A stretch of 57,604 bases of DNA from the IMG/VR virus record IMGVR_UViG_3300025466_000016; one strand, given 5' to 3'. The notes under the pieces are model-generated. The model worked only from the letters and a program-made list of their open reading frames with translations, searched no databases and was not told the origin of the DNA. Origin of the DNA: an uncultured virus (IMG/VR IMGVR_UViG_3300025466_000016) (lineage: Duplodnaviria; Heunggongvirae; Uroviricota; Caudoviricetes). Every line of letters begins with the position of its first letter. The first letter of the stretch is position 1. Shown here one piece after another: positions 17,260 to 28,377 of this stretch. The translations under genes were made by a program, and so were the position numbers.

Positions 17260-19257
17260 ATGGCAATTGGTAAAATATCGGGAGTAATGTTACAGGCGAA
17301 TCTGGTTCGCCAAGGTACCAACCTCTCTGTTGACGCCACAGCCTATTTTGATGTAAACAATTACAGACTTGGTGTTAACAACTCTAGTCCACAATACACT
17401 TTAGATGTTAACGGCAACGCACACGTTGGTAATTTATTAATTCTTGGCAATACTATCAGTAGTACCACTGGCAAAATTAATCTTGGATCAATTGCCAACG
17501 TTCAAATCACCGGTGGCTCACCTAATACTATTGTTTACACTGACGGCGCTGGTAATTTATCATTTGGTACACTAGATACGTTATCTGGATTAGAAGGATT
17601 CACAGGCAACTACATTGCACTTGGGGCAAACACACAAGGTGCATTGGTTAGTAATGCTACTACGTTAACTACAACTACAGCAGTAACAGATGCCATTGCA
17701 GATTTAAACTATGTACTAGGTAAACTAGTACCACCAAGTCCACCAAACTTTCCAAACAACACTACAATTTCTGTAGGCACTACCAACAGTGGGTTGATGT
17801 GTAACTTTACACAAACTGACAACTCTGGTTGGGGGAACCTAAGTGTTGCCGGCGGAACACTAGTTAGTACACTTAGAGCATCATCGTTTAGCACAATTGG
17901 TACAGCCGTTACTAACGTGGGTCCGGGTAACAACGGAACAGTAACAGCCTATATCAATGGAGTTCCAAATGGTAACATAACATTAAATGGAACTAACTCA
18001 AACACTACCAACGGTAACCTTTATGTTTACAACGTAGAAGATTATCATGCAGTGGTATCAACAGTAACAGCAGGATTTTGGTCAGTGTTTTCTACTTACG
18101 CAGTTGGCACTGGTGGTATACAACCTGGTTGGAATCGCGTAAATATCTACGACAGTTCTACTGGTACAAGTACAAATAATGCCACATGGTATTATGATAG
18201 TTCGAGCCCAAGTGCGCCAGCATTTACTGGAACCAATATGGTGCTGAGCAGTAACGTAGTTCAGTACTCAAGTACTATTCCTATGTTTACTACAAGTGCT
18301 GGATTTACATTAACCGGCAACGTAAGAAACATCAGTGGAGATACATATCCTAACTCAACTAACTTGATTTCGGCTAGTAGTGCTAACGGTGCATTTGCGG
18401 CTCCTGCTTTAGTAAGTTATGCTACTGCTGGAGTTACTACTCCAATTACCAGAAATAATACAGCACTGATTTCTTTCTCTACTACTTCTAACATTGCTAG
18501 TGGATTTGGCAATCTACTTGGCACACAAGGTCCAAGTATCACTGTAAACAATGGATATAATTCAACTGCATGGGCATTCAGCGCACCAGCAACTTATATC
18601 CTTTACAAAACCGGTACTGGTACACAGATTGAAGAAACTAGTATTACAAATAGTTACACTGGCGGTAGTGCCGCTTATCGCATTGCCAATCCAGACGCTG
18701 GTACTGCCGCAGATACACCAGCATACACAGGAAGCGAAGCCACATTTAATAGTCAGACTGGTCCGTTCTACACAACTGATGCTACCAACGTTGGCGCAAA
18801 AATATTGTACGATCAAACAAATTACTCAACAGGATTCCTACCGGTTGGTCCTAATCTAAGTGGTCGTAGTACAAGTCAATACTTTACATTTAAGTTTGTT
18901 AAGAGTGCTGTAAGTAAATTCAATATCAGTTATTCGGGTACAATCGCCGGACTATGGGTAGCACTACCTGGCAGCACAATTGACACAACAGCCGCACCGA
19001 CTAATGGTTGGATTAATATGGCAACAGCTTACGCTGGTTCGGGTGTTCCGGGAACAGGCACCGGCGGCAACGGATCTTCTGGATGTTCAACTGGTGGAGC
19101 CGCAGTATTAAATAGTCTAGTAAGTGGTGGTAGTTACACCTGTACATTTGGTACAGCAAGTAGCACAAACTCAACTGGTAATGAAATATATGTTCGCGTT
19201 AAATTAACTAGCGGACAAAGTTTAACAGCATTAAGTATAGCGAACCCAACTAACTAA
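17260..19257 (+). CDS. Fibre/appendage-type virion protein
   Basis: RLGVNNSSPQYTLDVNG fibre motif; Ser/Thr/Gly/Asn-rich 665 aa. Confidence 0.7.
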   Translation: MAIGKISGVMLQANLVRQGTNLSVDATAYFDVNNYRLGVNNSSPQYTLDVNGNAHVGNLLILGNTISSTTGKINLGSIANVQITGGSPNTIVYTDGAGNLSFGTLDTLSGLEGFTGNYIALGANTQGALVSNATTLTTTTAVTDAIADLNYVLGKLVPPSPPNFPNNTTISVGTTNSGLMCNFTQTDNSGWGNLSVAGGTLVSTLRASSFSTIGTAVTNVGPGNNGTVTAYINGVPNGNITLNGTNSNTTNGNLYVYNVEDYHAVVSTVTAGFWSVFSTYAVGTGGIQPGWNRVNIYDSSTGTSTNNATWYYDSSSPSAPAFTGTNMVLSSNVVQYSSTIPMFTTSAGFTLTGNVRNISGDTYPNSTNLISASSANGAFAAPALVSYATAGVTTPITRNNTALISFSTTSNIASGFGNLLGTQGPSITVNNGYNSTAWAFSAPATYILYKTGTGTQIEETSITNSYTGGSAAYRIANPDAGTAADTPAYTGSEATFNSQTGPFYTTDATNVGAKILYDQTNYSTGFLPVGPNLSGRSTSQYFTFKFVKSAVSKFNISYSGTIAGLWVALPGSTIDTTAAPTNGWINMATAYAGSGVPGTGTGGNGSSGCSTGGAAVLNSLVSGGSYTCTFGTASSTNSTGNEIYVRVKLTSGQSLTALSIANPTN

Positions 19258-19258
19258 C

Positions 19259-20761
19259 ATGACAATATCTCAAACACAATTAGTCGACATATTGTATAAG
19301 AAACTTAGTGGGGTTTCTAAAACAGACACGAGTACGGCAAAGTCGCCGGCCAACGAAGCCAATGCTAGTCCACAATTAAGTCCTGGATCTACTATCTGGC
19401 AACAAGACTATTATATTCCTAGTGTTACTACACTACCTACAAGTAACTCAAGCGTAGTTACAGTTTACAGAGATAGTTTAAGTTCTACTGTACAAGCAGT
19501 GGCTCTAAGCGAAGGCGTATCGCAAGAAACTTGGGCAACAAACTTAACAGATTGGATTAGTCCTCAATTTGGTGCAGGCTACCAGCTACAAATATATGCT
19601 GGTCCTCCGGGACGTGGCAGTCCGCAGAATTTTACTAACTTGCCTGTGGGTGGTTCTGGTAACAGTGACTCTTGGTACTTTGACTACTCAGCCGGTATTG
19701 TAAACTTTGCTGATACTAACGTACCAACTCCTGTTGCTAACGTGGCCAACGTTGTTTATGTTGTGGGTGCTAGATATACCGGCACTAAAGGTATTGCTAA
19801 CTTTGCTAACTTACAAGTAGCTAATATTTCTATTAATGGAAATACTATTACAGGCAATACTGGTGTTACTTTCAGCGGAAATATTTCTGGCAATGTAATA
19901 GGTACTGTTTTAACACCAACACAAAGTTATATTACTACAGTTGGTACATTAGGTAATCTAACAGTAACGGGTAATATTGCTACCGGAAATATATTAACTG
20001 GCGGCTTATTTTGGGCTAACGGCAATCCTGTATTGTTTACTAACTATTCAAACGGCAACGTAGTTGCATTGTTGTCTAGTTTTGGCAGTAACAATATCAG
20101 TACCACCAGTAACATAACAGCTGGCAACGTAACGGCCAGCAACATAAATGGCAACGTTTATACAGATTACATTTATCCAAATACTACCACAGTAACAACA
20201 TTTAATTCCTCAACCGCCATTGGCTTACCGACCGGTGGCAACGTAGGTCGCCCAAGTTCACCAACAGCTGGACAAATTCGATATAACAGCGACTACAACT
20301 CAGTAGAGTTCTACAACGGATCCACCTGGGTAAACGTTATTACAAATATTGCCGGGCAGAACTTTTATGGTAATGCAACAATTGGCGCTGGACCTTATAC
20401 ACTAAATCAATCAACTACAACCAATGGTGTACTGGTAAGTATTAACGGTACTGTTCAACAACCAGTTTATGCGTACAATGTAACAGGCAACCAAATTACT
20501 TTTACAGAAACTCCCCTGGTAACTGACCAGATTGATGTGCGTTTCTTAGCAGCCTCGGTTACAGTTGACAATATTTTTAATACCGATGTTAGTGTAACTG
20601 GTAATATTACATTAACTGGCATACTATCTTCACCGTTAACTACTAAAACAAGTACATCCACCGGAACAGCCGGGCAAGTGGCGTGGGACGCTAATTATAT
20701 CTATGTTTGCACATCCGCAAATACCTGGAAAAGAGTAGCATTAACCGGCGGTGTATTCTAA
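19259..20761 (+). CDS. Fibre/appendage-type virion protein
   Basis: GNI/GNL repeats, GQIRYN...EFYNGSTW, VSINGTVQQP, C-terminal GQVAWDANYIYVC...WKR. Confidence 0.7.
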   Translation: MTISQTQLVDILYKKLSGVSKTDTSTAKSPANEANASPQLSPGSTIWQQDYYIPSVTTLPTSNSSVVTVYRDSLSSTVQAVALSEGVSQETWATNLTDWISPQFGAGYQLQIYAGPPGRGSPQNFTNLPVGGSGNSDSWYFDYSAGIVNFADTNVPTPVANVANVVYVVGARYTGTKGIANFANLQVANISINGNTITGNTGVTFSGNISGNVIGTVLTPTQSYITTVGTLGNLTVTGNIATGNILTGGLFWANGNPVLFTNYSNGNVVALLSSFGSNNISTTSNITAGNVTASNINGNVYTDYIYPNTTTVTTFNSSTAIGLPTGGNVGRPSSPTAGQIRYNSDYNSVEFYNGSTWVNVITNIAGQNFYGNATIGAGPYTLNQSTTTNGVLVSINGTVQQPVYAYNVTGNQITFTETPLVTDQIDVRFLAASVTVDNIFNTDVSVTGNITLTGILSSPLTTKTSTSTGTAGQVAWDANYIYVCTSANTWKRVALTGGVF

Positions 20762-20892
20762 TTTAGAATAAATATTTTTGTAGTACCTCAATCTGTCTAG
20801 CACAACTCACCACACCAATTCTCTTCGTTTTTAACCGGTGTAATCCATATTCTCCTATATAAGGTAAATACTGTATATCGGGAGCTTTGGGC

Positions 20893-23800
20893 ATGACCAC
20901 ATACTTAACAAGAATACAAAACAATCAGATTACAGATAGCACAATTAATGCGGCTACTAAAATTGCGCCGGGATCTATCCAAGGTAATTTGCTTGCTGCA
21001 ACAGTAACATTTAATAGTAACATTACAATTCTTGGTAATTTAACTGTAGCAAATAGTTACACACAGTTAAATTCTATTAACACATATATTAACGACCCGA
21101 TTGTTGTGTTCAACAACGGTTATACTGGAACTCCTAGTTATGACGTTGGTATTTTAGTAAACCGCAATTTACAAAGTTTACCTGGATATGGTTCAGTAAA
21201 CGCAGCCTGGGTTTGGAAAGAAGCAGATCAGGCTTTTGAAGGTATTGCCACAACAGAAACAGGTACTACAGCAGGTAGTATTAACAACTCAGGTTATGCC
21301 AACGTTAAAATTGGTAACCTAACAGCCGTATCCGGTACAATAAATAATTTCTTAACCGTTGGTACAACACTGGGTGTAACCGGCGCTGCAACATTTAGCT
21401 CTACAACATTAACATCTGGAGTAGCAACACACACAGCCAACTTGGTGGCTGCATCTGGTACAGCAAGTACAAACACAACAACTGGTGCATTGGTAGTAGT
21501 TGGTGGCACTGGCATTAGTGGTGATGTTAACATTGGCGGATCGTTGAGTGTTAGTGGAGTAACTAAATATACAGGTAACTTAGTAGCCGCAGCTACAACA
21601 ACAAGTACAAGCACAACAACTGGTTCTATCGTATCCTTGGGCGGTATTGGCTTAGCTGGTAACGTAACAGCTGGTGGACAAGTGCAAGCCGGTCTTGGTT
21701 TATATGCTGTTGGTGCATTTAACGGTGGCTACTCAGATGGTACAGTAGTTGATTATGTAAACAATAACGGTCGTATCAGCGTTGGTTCCGGTGATGCATT
21801 AACATTTTATGCTGGCGGTCCTGCAGCAACACAAACATTACAAATTAGTTCCGCTGGCGTATTAACAGCCGCTGGTAACATTGTTGCTGCAAGCGGTACA
21901 GCAAGTTCTAATACAACAACTGGCGCACTAGTAGTATCTGGTGGTGCCGGCATTTCTGGTGCTGCATACGTTGGTGGAGTGTTGAACGTAGCACAGGCTG
22001 CAACATTACAATCTACATTGGCAGTTTCTAGTACCGCAATCGTTTCTGGTAATATAGTAGCAGCCGCAACAACAGCAAGTACAAATACAACAACTGGCGC
22101 ATTAGTAGTTCAGGGCGGTGTTGGTATTGCCGGCGCTGTGTACACTGGGTCAACCGCAACAATAAACGGTAACATAAACAATACCGCAGGTGGTGGATTA
22201 ACAACTACACAAACAACTGGTTATTTGTTTAATGAAACAGCAACAACATTGAATGTTGGCTCATCTGCAACCACATTGAACTTAGGTGCTACAAGTGGCA
22301 CAGCCACATTAGCAAATCCAACATTAGTTGGTACACAAACAACACAAAACGTTTACAACACAGTAGCAACAACAGTAAACGCATTTGGTGCTGCAACAAC
22401 ATTAGGTATTGGCGCCACAAGCGGAACAGCCACAATTGGTAATCCAACATTAGTTGGCACACAAACAACACAAAACGTTTACAACACAGTAGCAACAACA
22501 GTAAACGCATTTGGTGCTGCAACAACATTGAACATCGGTAATGCAAGCGGTGTGACAAATTTATCTGGTGTACTTAAATCCGGCGGAAACGTTGTAGCAG
22601 GGTCTGGTACAGCAAGTACAAGTACAACTACAGGTGCATTGGTAGTTAAAGGTGGTATCGGCGTAAGTGGCGACACATACATTGGTGGTAACCTGAGTGT
22701 TGCTGGCACATTAACATACATTAACACAACACAAGAAATTGTAACTGGTGTTGAAGTGGTAGCTGGTAACTTAGTAGCTAACTCAGGAACAGCAAGTTCT
22801 AATACAACAACAGGCGCATTAGTAGTAGCTGGTGGTGCTGGTATTAGTGGCGCACTGAACGTCGGCGGTGGTTTTGGTGTCGCAGGCAATATTGCTGATA
22901 ATGGTGGCGGATTAACAACTACACAAACAACTGGTTATTTGTTTAACGAAAATGCTACAACATTGAATGTTGGTTCAGCTGCAACCGCATTAAACTTGGG
23001 TGCTACAAGTGGCACAGCTACAATTGGTAACCCAACAATAGTCGGTACACAAACAACACAAAACTTATACAACACAGTAGCAACAACACTTAACTTTGCT
23101 GGTGCCGCAACAACATTAAACATTGGTAATTCAAGCGGTACAACAACTGTTGCTGGTATAACAAAACATTCTGGTAACTTAGTAGCAGCCGCAACAACAA
23201 CAAGTACAAACACAACAACTGGTTCTATTGTATCCTTGGGTGGTGTTGGTATTGCTGGTAACTTAAACGTAGGTAGTTCTACAAGTCAACACAACTTACA
23301 AGGTAACTTGTTAATTGGTGCAAGCTCAGTTGGACCTTCTGCATATATTCCGTTAGTTATTAATCAAAATAGTGTTGTACCTTTTGCCTCGGATGCTACA
23401 TTCCAAATTTCAAGTGCTGATAGTAATAATGGTGTGATTGTTATTGACAGCTTTGCTGGAACATCGGCTTCGGCGTTCAAAGGACGTCATGCACGTGGAT
23501 CAAGTTCTGCTCCGGCAGCTGTACAGACCAATGATGTGTTGGGTGCATTTGTTGGTGTAGGTTACGGAGCATCTGCTTACGCACAACCAGTAATAAATAA
23601 TGCGGCTGGCTTGATAGTAGCAGCAACCGAAACATTTACTAATACAAGTAATGCAACAAAAGTTAACCTAAACTATATCCCAACTGGTTCTACATCTGGT
23701 GCTCCTGGTTTAACAGTTGATTCAACAGGTAACGTAGTTATACAACAAATAACACCAAGTACAAGTTTCCAAACTGGAGCATTGGTAGTTAAGGGAGGTA

Positions 23801-25296
23801 TGGGTGTTGCTGGCGCTGCTTTCTTAAATGATAAACTTGATGTATTATTAACAACAACGTCTAGAGGTAATTTGGTAGCCGCTGCAACCACAGTAAGTAG
23901 TTCAGCTACAACTGGTGCTTTAGTTGTAGTTGGCGGTGCTGGTATTGGAGGCAATTTATACGTTGGCAATTCTGTATTTGCTGGTCAGGGCGCACTAACA
24001 GCAGGTCAATTCCTTGGCAATTACAGCGATGGTGTAGTAGTTGACTACGTTAGCCCTAATGGTCGTATTAGTGTTGGCCCAAGCGACAACTTAATATTTT
24101 ATAGTGGTGGCCCGGCAACAACTCAAACGTTGTCTATTGGCTCAACTGGAGTGTTAACAGCAACAGGAAATATTGTTGGAGCCAGTGGAACAACAAGCAC
24201 AAGTTCAACAACTGGTGCTATTGTTGCGGTTGGCGGTGTCGGTATAAGTGGCAATTTAAACGTCGGTGGAATCACAACAGTAACAGGTAACGTATTCCTG
24301 TCCAATGCTGTAACTATTAACAGCACTCGAACAGCCGGTCAAGACTTCCTTGTTAAAGGTGTAAACGATCAGACATTAATTTGGGCTCGTCCAAATGCAA
24401 CATACGATTCTGTTATCATTGGTAACTCTGCAACAGTTTCTAATGCCATAGTTGGTGCAAAATTAGTTATTAATTCGTCAGATTCGATCCTGTTCCCGGT
24501 GGGTTCAAATGCACAACGTCCAAGCTCAGTTGGCGGTACTGACGTTGCAGGTATGTTCCGATATAGTACAAACTTAAATGGTCCGGAATATTATAATGGT
24601 AGCTCATGGCAAGGTATTACATCATCGTTTACTATTATCACTGATAAACAATTCACCGGTGATGGATCAACACTTTCATACACCATAGCAAATGCTACAA
24701 CAGCATCGGCAAGTATTGTTAGTATTAACGGTGTGTTACAGATCCCAACATTGGCTTACTCAGTAACAGGAAACGTAGTAACATTTACAGAACCACCTGC
24801 AAGCACTGACATCATTGATATTCGTGTGTTGACTACAACACAGACTATCAACGGTATTGCAAGTACAAACGGTTACCAACAGTTTGCTGTTGATAACAAT
24901 GGAGCTTATGTTTACACTGGTACAAGTAGCACACAACCAACAACACTATGGAATCCACAAGGTGCTGAAGTTAACCAAAATGCTAATATCATACTTGCTA
25001 CAGCTAGTACACCGGGTCAAATAGATAGTTTCTTTGCTAACACATATAGTTCAGCAGAATATACTATTACTTCAACTATACAAGGTACAAACATTCGTGA
25101 AATAGCTAAAATTCTAGTTGTTTCGGACGGTACAAGTGCAAATACATACAGAACAGTTTATGGTATAACTAGTACAAGTGGCAACACTATGACAACATGG
25201 ACGGCAAACGTAACAGGTAGTAGCGTAACACTATACGGTACTCCAGCAAACGCTAACCAAATTTACAGAATTCGTAAGAATTATCAGGCAGTATAA
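20893..25296 (+). CDS. Long tail-fibre-like repeat protein
   Basis: TAAATA at 20865-20870, SD GGAG then ATG at 20893; many ASTxTTTGALVVxGGxGIxG repeats. Confidence 0.8.
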   Translation: MTTYLTRIQNNQITDSTINAATKIAPGSIQGNLLAATVTFNSNITILGNLTVANSYTQLNSINTYINDPIVVFNNGYTGTPSYDVGILVNRNLQSLPGYGSVNAAWVWKEADQAFEGIATTETGTTAGSINNSGYANVKIGNLTAVSGTINNFLTVGTTLGVTGAATFSSTTLTSGVATHTANLVAASGTASTNTTTGALVVVGGTGISGDVNIGGSLSVSGVTKYTGNLVAAATTTSTSTTTGSIVSLGGIGLAGNVTAGGQVQAGLGLYAVGAFNGGYSDGTVVDYVNNNGRISVGSGDALTFYAGGPAATQTLQISSAGVLTAAGNIVAASGTASSNTTTGALVVSGGAGISGAAYVGGVLNVAQAATLQSTLAVSSTAIVSGNIVAAATTASTNTTTGALVVQGGVGIAGAVYTGSTATINGNINNTAGGGLTTTQTTGYLFNETATTLNVGSSATTLNLGATSGTATLANPTLVGTQTTQNVYNTVATTVNAFGAATTLGIGATSGTATIGNPTLVGTQTTQNVYNTVATTVNAFGAATTLNIGNASGVTNLSGVLKSGGNVVAGSGTASTSTTTGALVVKGGIGVSGDTYIGGNLSVAGTLTYINTTQEIVTGVEVVAGNLVANSGTASSNTTTGALVVAGGAGISGALNVGGGFGVAGNIADNGGGLTTTQTTGYLFNENATTLNVGSAATALNLGATSGTATIGNPTIVGTQTTQNLYNTVATTLNFAGAATTLNIGNSSGTTTVAGITKHSGNLVAAATTTSTNTTTGSIVSLGGVGIAGNLNVGSSTSQHNLQGNLLIGASSVGPSAYIPLVINQNSVVPFASDATFQISSADSNNGVIVIDSFAGTSASAFKGRHARGSSSAPAAVQTNDVLGAFVGVGYGASAYAQPVINNAAGLIVAATETFTNTSNATKVNLNYIPTGSTSGAPGLTVDSTGNVVIQQITPSTSFQTGALVVKGGMGVAGAAFLNDKLDVLLTTTSRGNLVAAATTVSSSATTGALVVVGGAGIGGNLYVGNSVFAGQGALTAGQFLGNYSDGVVVDYVSPNGRISVGPSDNLIFYSGGPATTQTLSIGSTGVLTATGNIVGASGTTSTSSTTGAIVAVGGVGISGNLNVGGITTVTGNVFLSNAVTINSTRTAGQDFLVKGVNDQTLIWARPNATYDSVIIGNSATVSNAIVGAKLVINSSDSILFPVGSNAQRPSSVGGTDVAGMFRYSTNLNGPEYYNGSSWQGITSSFTIITDKQFTGDGSTLSYTIANATTASASIVSINGVLQIPTLAYSVTGNVVTFTEPPASTDIIDIRVLTTTQTINGIASTNGYQQFAVDNNGAYVYTGTSSTQPTTLWNPQGAEVNQNANIILATASTPGQIDSFFANTYSSAEYTITSTIQGTNIREIAKILVVSDGTSANTYRTVYGITSTSGNTMTTWTANVTGSSVTLYGTPANANQIYRIRKNYQAV
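22315..22529 (+). repeat. Near-identical direct repeat, 126-bp period, within the fibre gene
   Basis: aatccaacattagttgg(t/c)acacaaacaacacaaaacgtttacaacacagtagcaacaacagtaaacgcatttggtgctgcaacaacatt at 22315 and 22441; diverged third copy near 23030. Confidence 0.9.
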
Positions 25297-25320
25297 TAGC
25301 CAACAGGGAGATATGGAACT

Positions 25321-27084
25321 ATGGCAAACAGTAATTTCGTAGTACACAATGGTCTTACAGTAGGACCACTAACAATTGATGCTGCAACAGGCAGTATTAC
25401 AACAACAGGTAGCGTATCTACAACGGGTACAACACCAACAGCATTTTCAGCAAACATTGTAGCCGGATCAGGAACAGCTAGCTCAAGCACAACAACTGGT
25501 GCTCTAGTAGTAGTTGGTGGCGCTGGTATTAGTGGTGATGCATACATTGGCGGTAACCTAAGAGTCACAGGAACCACAACTTTTATATCAACCGAATACA
25601 TTGGCGGCGCCGAAGTAGTTGTTGGTAATGTAGTAGCAAATTCTGGAGCAACAAGTTCGAGCACATCAACTGGTGCGCTAGTGGTAATTGGTGGTGCTGG
25701 TATCAGTGGTGCAGTGTTTACTGGTTCAAACGCAACACACGCAGGTAACGTTAACTTAACCGCAACTAACTCAGCATTAACTACGAACCAAACAACTGGT
25801 TATGTGTTTAACGAATCAGCAACAACAGTTAACGCATTTGGTGCAGCAACAACATTAAACATTGGTAATGCTAGCGGCATAACATCTATACTTGGTGTAA
25901 CTACACACGGTGGTAATTTAGTAGCCGCTTCTACAACAGCAAGTACAAGTTCATCAACGGGCGCATTAGTAGTTCGTGGTGGTACAGGTGTAAGTGGTGA
26001 TTTATATATCGGCGGCCAGGCGGTAGTCAATGGAAACGTAACAATTGGTGGTAACTTATCTGTAACAGGTCAGAGTGTAAGTATTGGTGCAAGTACCTTG
26101 TCGGTTAACGATCCGGTTATTAACTTAAATACTCCGAGCGATTTAACACCACTAACAGTGACTACAACCAGTGATATTGGTTTAAAATTCCACTATTATT
26201 CTGGTAGTGATCGCCATGCGTTTGTGGGTCGTGCGGTTGACACCGGCTATTTAGAATGGTACGCAGATGGTAACGATACAGCCAACGTATTTACTGGAAC
26301 GGTATATGGTACTGTTAAATCGGGTGCAATAATTTTAGCTAATACAACAGCAGCTACAGGTGCTAACACTGGTGTACTACAAGTGTGGGGCGGTGGAAGT
26401 ATTACTGGTGCTATGTATGCCGGTACTTCTTATGATAACGGTAACCGTGTAATCACAAGCGTAACTATTACAGCTGGTACAGATTTAAGTGGTGGTGGTA
26501 CAATTACTGGACCTACCGGCAGTGTCACTTTAAACGATACAAGTACATTGGCTACAGTGACAGGACGTGGTGCTACAACAAGTACAGCAGTTACATTTAA
26601 CGGTCAGGTTAATATGGGCGCAAGTATCGTTCCAACAGCCAACGTTACTTATAACGTTGGTAGCTCAACCGCTTGGTTTAACACATTCTACGGTCAGGCA
26701 ATACACGCACAATACGCTGACTTAGCAGAAAACTATCAAGGTGACAAAGCCTATGCACCTGGTACAGTAGTTATGTTTGGCGGCGCACAGGAAGTTACAA
26801 TAGCTACCCCAGACACAACTGCGGTAGCCGGCGTAGTATCTACTAATCCAGCAACATTAATGAATGGCGGTTTATCTGGAGCGACTGTGGTGGCAGTAGC
26901 ACTAACTGGACGAGTTCCGTGTAACGTAATTGGCCCTGTTGCTAAAGGTGATTTAATGGTATCAGCAGGGTTTGGTTTTGCTAAAACTAATAATAACGCT
27001 GGCGTTGGCCAGGTAATTGGTAAAGCATTGTCGGATTTTACTGGTGCAAAAGGTCAAATTGAAGTAGTGGTTGGCCGTTTCTAA
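25321..27084 (+). CDS. Tail-fibre-like protein with C-terminal ADLAE (intramolecular chaperone-like) domain
   Basis: TTGALVVxGG repeats; YADLAENY...PGTVV.FGG...GVVST.P...VALTGRVPC...GKAL. Confidence 0.8.
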   Translation: MANSNFVVHNGLTVGPLTIDAATGSITTTGSVSTTGTTPTAFSANIVAGSGTASSSTTTGALVVVGGAGISGDAYIGGNLRVTGTTTFISTEYIGGAEVVVGNVVANSGATSSSTSTGALVVIGGAGISGAVFTGSNATHAGNVNLTATNSALTTNQTTGYVFNESATTVNAFGAATTLNIGNASGITSILGVTTHGGNLVAASTTASTSSSTGALVVRGGTGVSGDLYIGGQAVVNGNVTIGGNLSVTGQSVSIGASTLSVNDPVINLNTPSDLTPLTVTTTSDIGLKFHYYSGSDRHAFVGRAVDTGYLEWYADGNDTANVFTGTVYGTVKSGAIILANTTAATGANTGVLQVWGGGSITGAMYAGTSYDNGNRVITSVTITAGTDLSGGGTITGPTGSVTLNDTSTLATVTGRGATTSTAVTFNGQVNMGASIVPTANVTYNVGSSTAWFNTFYGQAIHAQYADLAENYQGDKAYAPGTVVMFGGAQEVTIATPDTTAVAGVVSTNPATLMNGGLSGATVVAVALTGRVPCNVIGPVAKGDLMVSAGFGFAKTNNNAGVGQVIGKALSDFTGAKGQIEVVVGRF

Positions 27085-27104
27085 ATCGTATTAATCAACA
27101 GAAT

Positions 27105-27134
27105 AAAAGGACGCCAAGGCGTCCTTTTTCTTTT
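27105..27134 (+). terminator. Intrinsic terminator
   Basis: AAAAGGACGCC-AA-GGCGTCCTTTTTCTTTT inverted repeat with T tract. Confidence 0.85.
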
Positions 27135-27177
27135 GTCCGCAATCGGCGATAAATACACAAACAATACGGAATTTTAA

Positions 27178-28365
27178 ATGGCTTTAACTCGTCCCTTAAT
27201 TAACAATCTAAACACTACAGTTGAAGTGTTTCAAGACCCAATAACGGTTTTGCATGGTGGCGCAACATTAGCCAACGTTGATGTTGGATTCATAATGAAT
27301 CGTGCTAACGGACTAGTTAGCAACGTAGCACTATATTGGAACGAATCTAGTAATAGTTTTGTAACAGCATTTACAAGCAACAGTGGTGCAACAGACACAA
27401 ATATTTCAGCAACAAGTTATGCTAACGTAACTACAGCTAACGTTTCCTTATACGGAATTAGATCATCGGCTGACACTGGTAATATTGCTATCACCGGTAA
27501 CCTAGTACCTACAGCCAATATTGCCTATGATCTTGGTACAACCACACAACGATTTAAAACATTATTCTTAAGTGGTAATACCATTGACTTGGGCGGTGCA
27601 TTAATTACAACAGACGTAACAACTGGTGCGGTTGCAATCGTACCAATCCCCACAACCGCTACCCCAAACCCAACCGGTATTGTTATTAGTCCTGCAGGAT
27701 CAATCACTACTATTACCAGTGTTAATGGAGCAATTTCTGCAGCCAATATTGGTACAGCAGCTAATACAGTAACGGCTTCTAATACTAGTACTTTTGCCAA
27801 TGCTAATGTAACCGGTAATTTAACGGTAGGCGGTAATTTAACGGTAGCGGGTACGGTAACATTTACAAATAGTGTAGTTGAAACTAGTACAGAGCTAGTG
27901 CAAGGGGTCGAAGTAGTAGCCGGTAACTTAGTAGCTAATTCTGGAACAGCAAGCTCAAGCACAACAACGGGTGCTTTGGTAGTAGCGGGCGGCGCAGGTA
28001 TATCCGGGAACTTAAATCTTGGTGGAAACTTAACTGTTGGCGGAACTTTTAGTGCATCTAATATATTTACAGATAGAGGCGGCGATACACTAGATTGGAA
28101 CACGCTAACTACAATGGGGGTATATTTGATAAATAGAAGTAGTTGGTCCGGAACTACAAATACTCCGATAAATTCGCAGTATTTTACAGGTCAATTAGAA
28201 GTTGTAAACACAGGGAATGTGAGTATAGCTCAATTTTATAGACCGTACAATTCTACTGCAAGTGGAGATGTATATTGGACCAGAAGTAAACATAGCTCAA
28301 GTGCCTGGAGTTCTTGGGTAGAAATTATAAATGGCGCAGAGACCATGGATGGCGGCAGTTTTTAA
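27178..28365 (+). CDS. Tail-fibre-like protein
   Basis: TAAATA at 27150-27155; TTGALVV repeat; C-terminal DWNTLTTMGVY...GQLEV...WSSW fibre module; ends DGGSF. Confidence 0.75.
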   Translation: MALTRPLINNLNTTVEVFQDPITVLHGGATLANVDVGFIMNRANGLVSNVALYWNESSNSFVTAFTSNSGATDTNISATSYANVTTANVSLYGIRSSADTGNIAITGNLVPTANIAYDLGTTTQRFKTLFLSGNTIDLGGALITTDVTTGAVAIVPIPTTATPNPTGIVISPAGSITTITSVNGAISAANIGTAANTVTASNTSTFANANVTGNLTVGGNLTVAGTVTFTNSVVETSTELVQGVEVVAGNLVANSGTASSSTTTGALVVAGGAGISGNLNLGGNLTVGGTFSASNIFTDRGGDTLDWNTLTTMGVYLINRSSWSGTTNTPINSQYFTGQLEVVNTGNVSIAQFYRPYNSTASGDVYWTRSKHSSSAWSSWVEIINGAETMDGGSF

Positions 28366-28377
28366 GGATAACAAAAC

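Noticed and set aside
22315..22529. CRISPR-like direct repeats
   Set aside because: In-frame coding duplication (42-aa period) inside a fibre gene, without unique spacers
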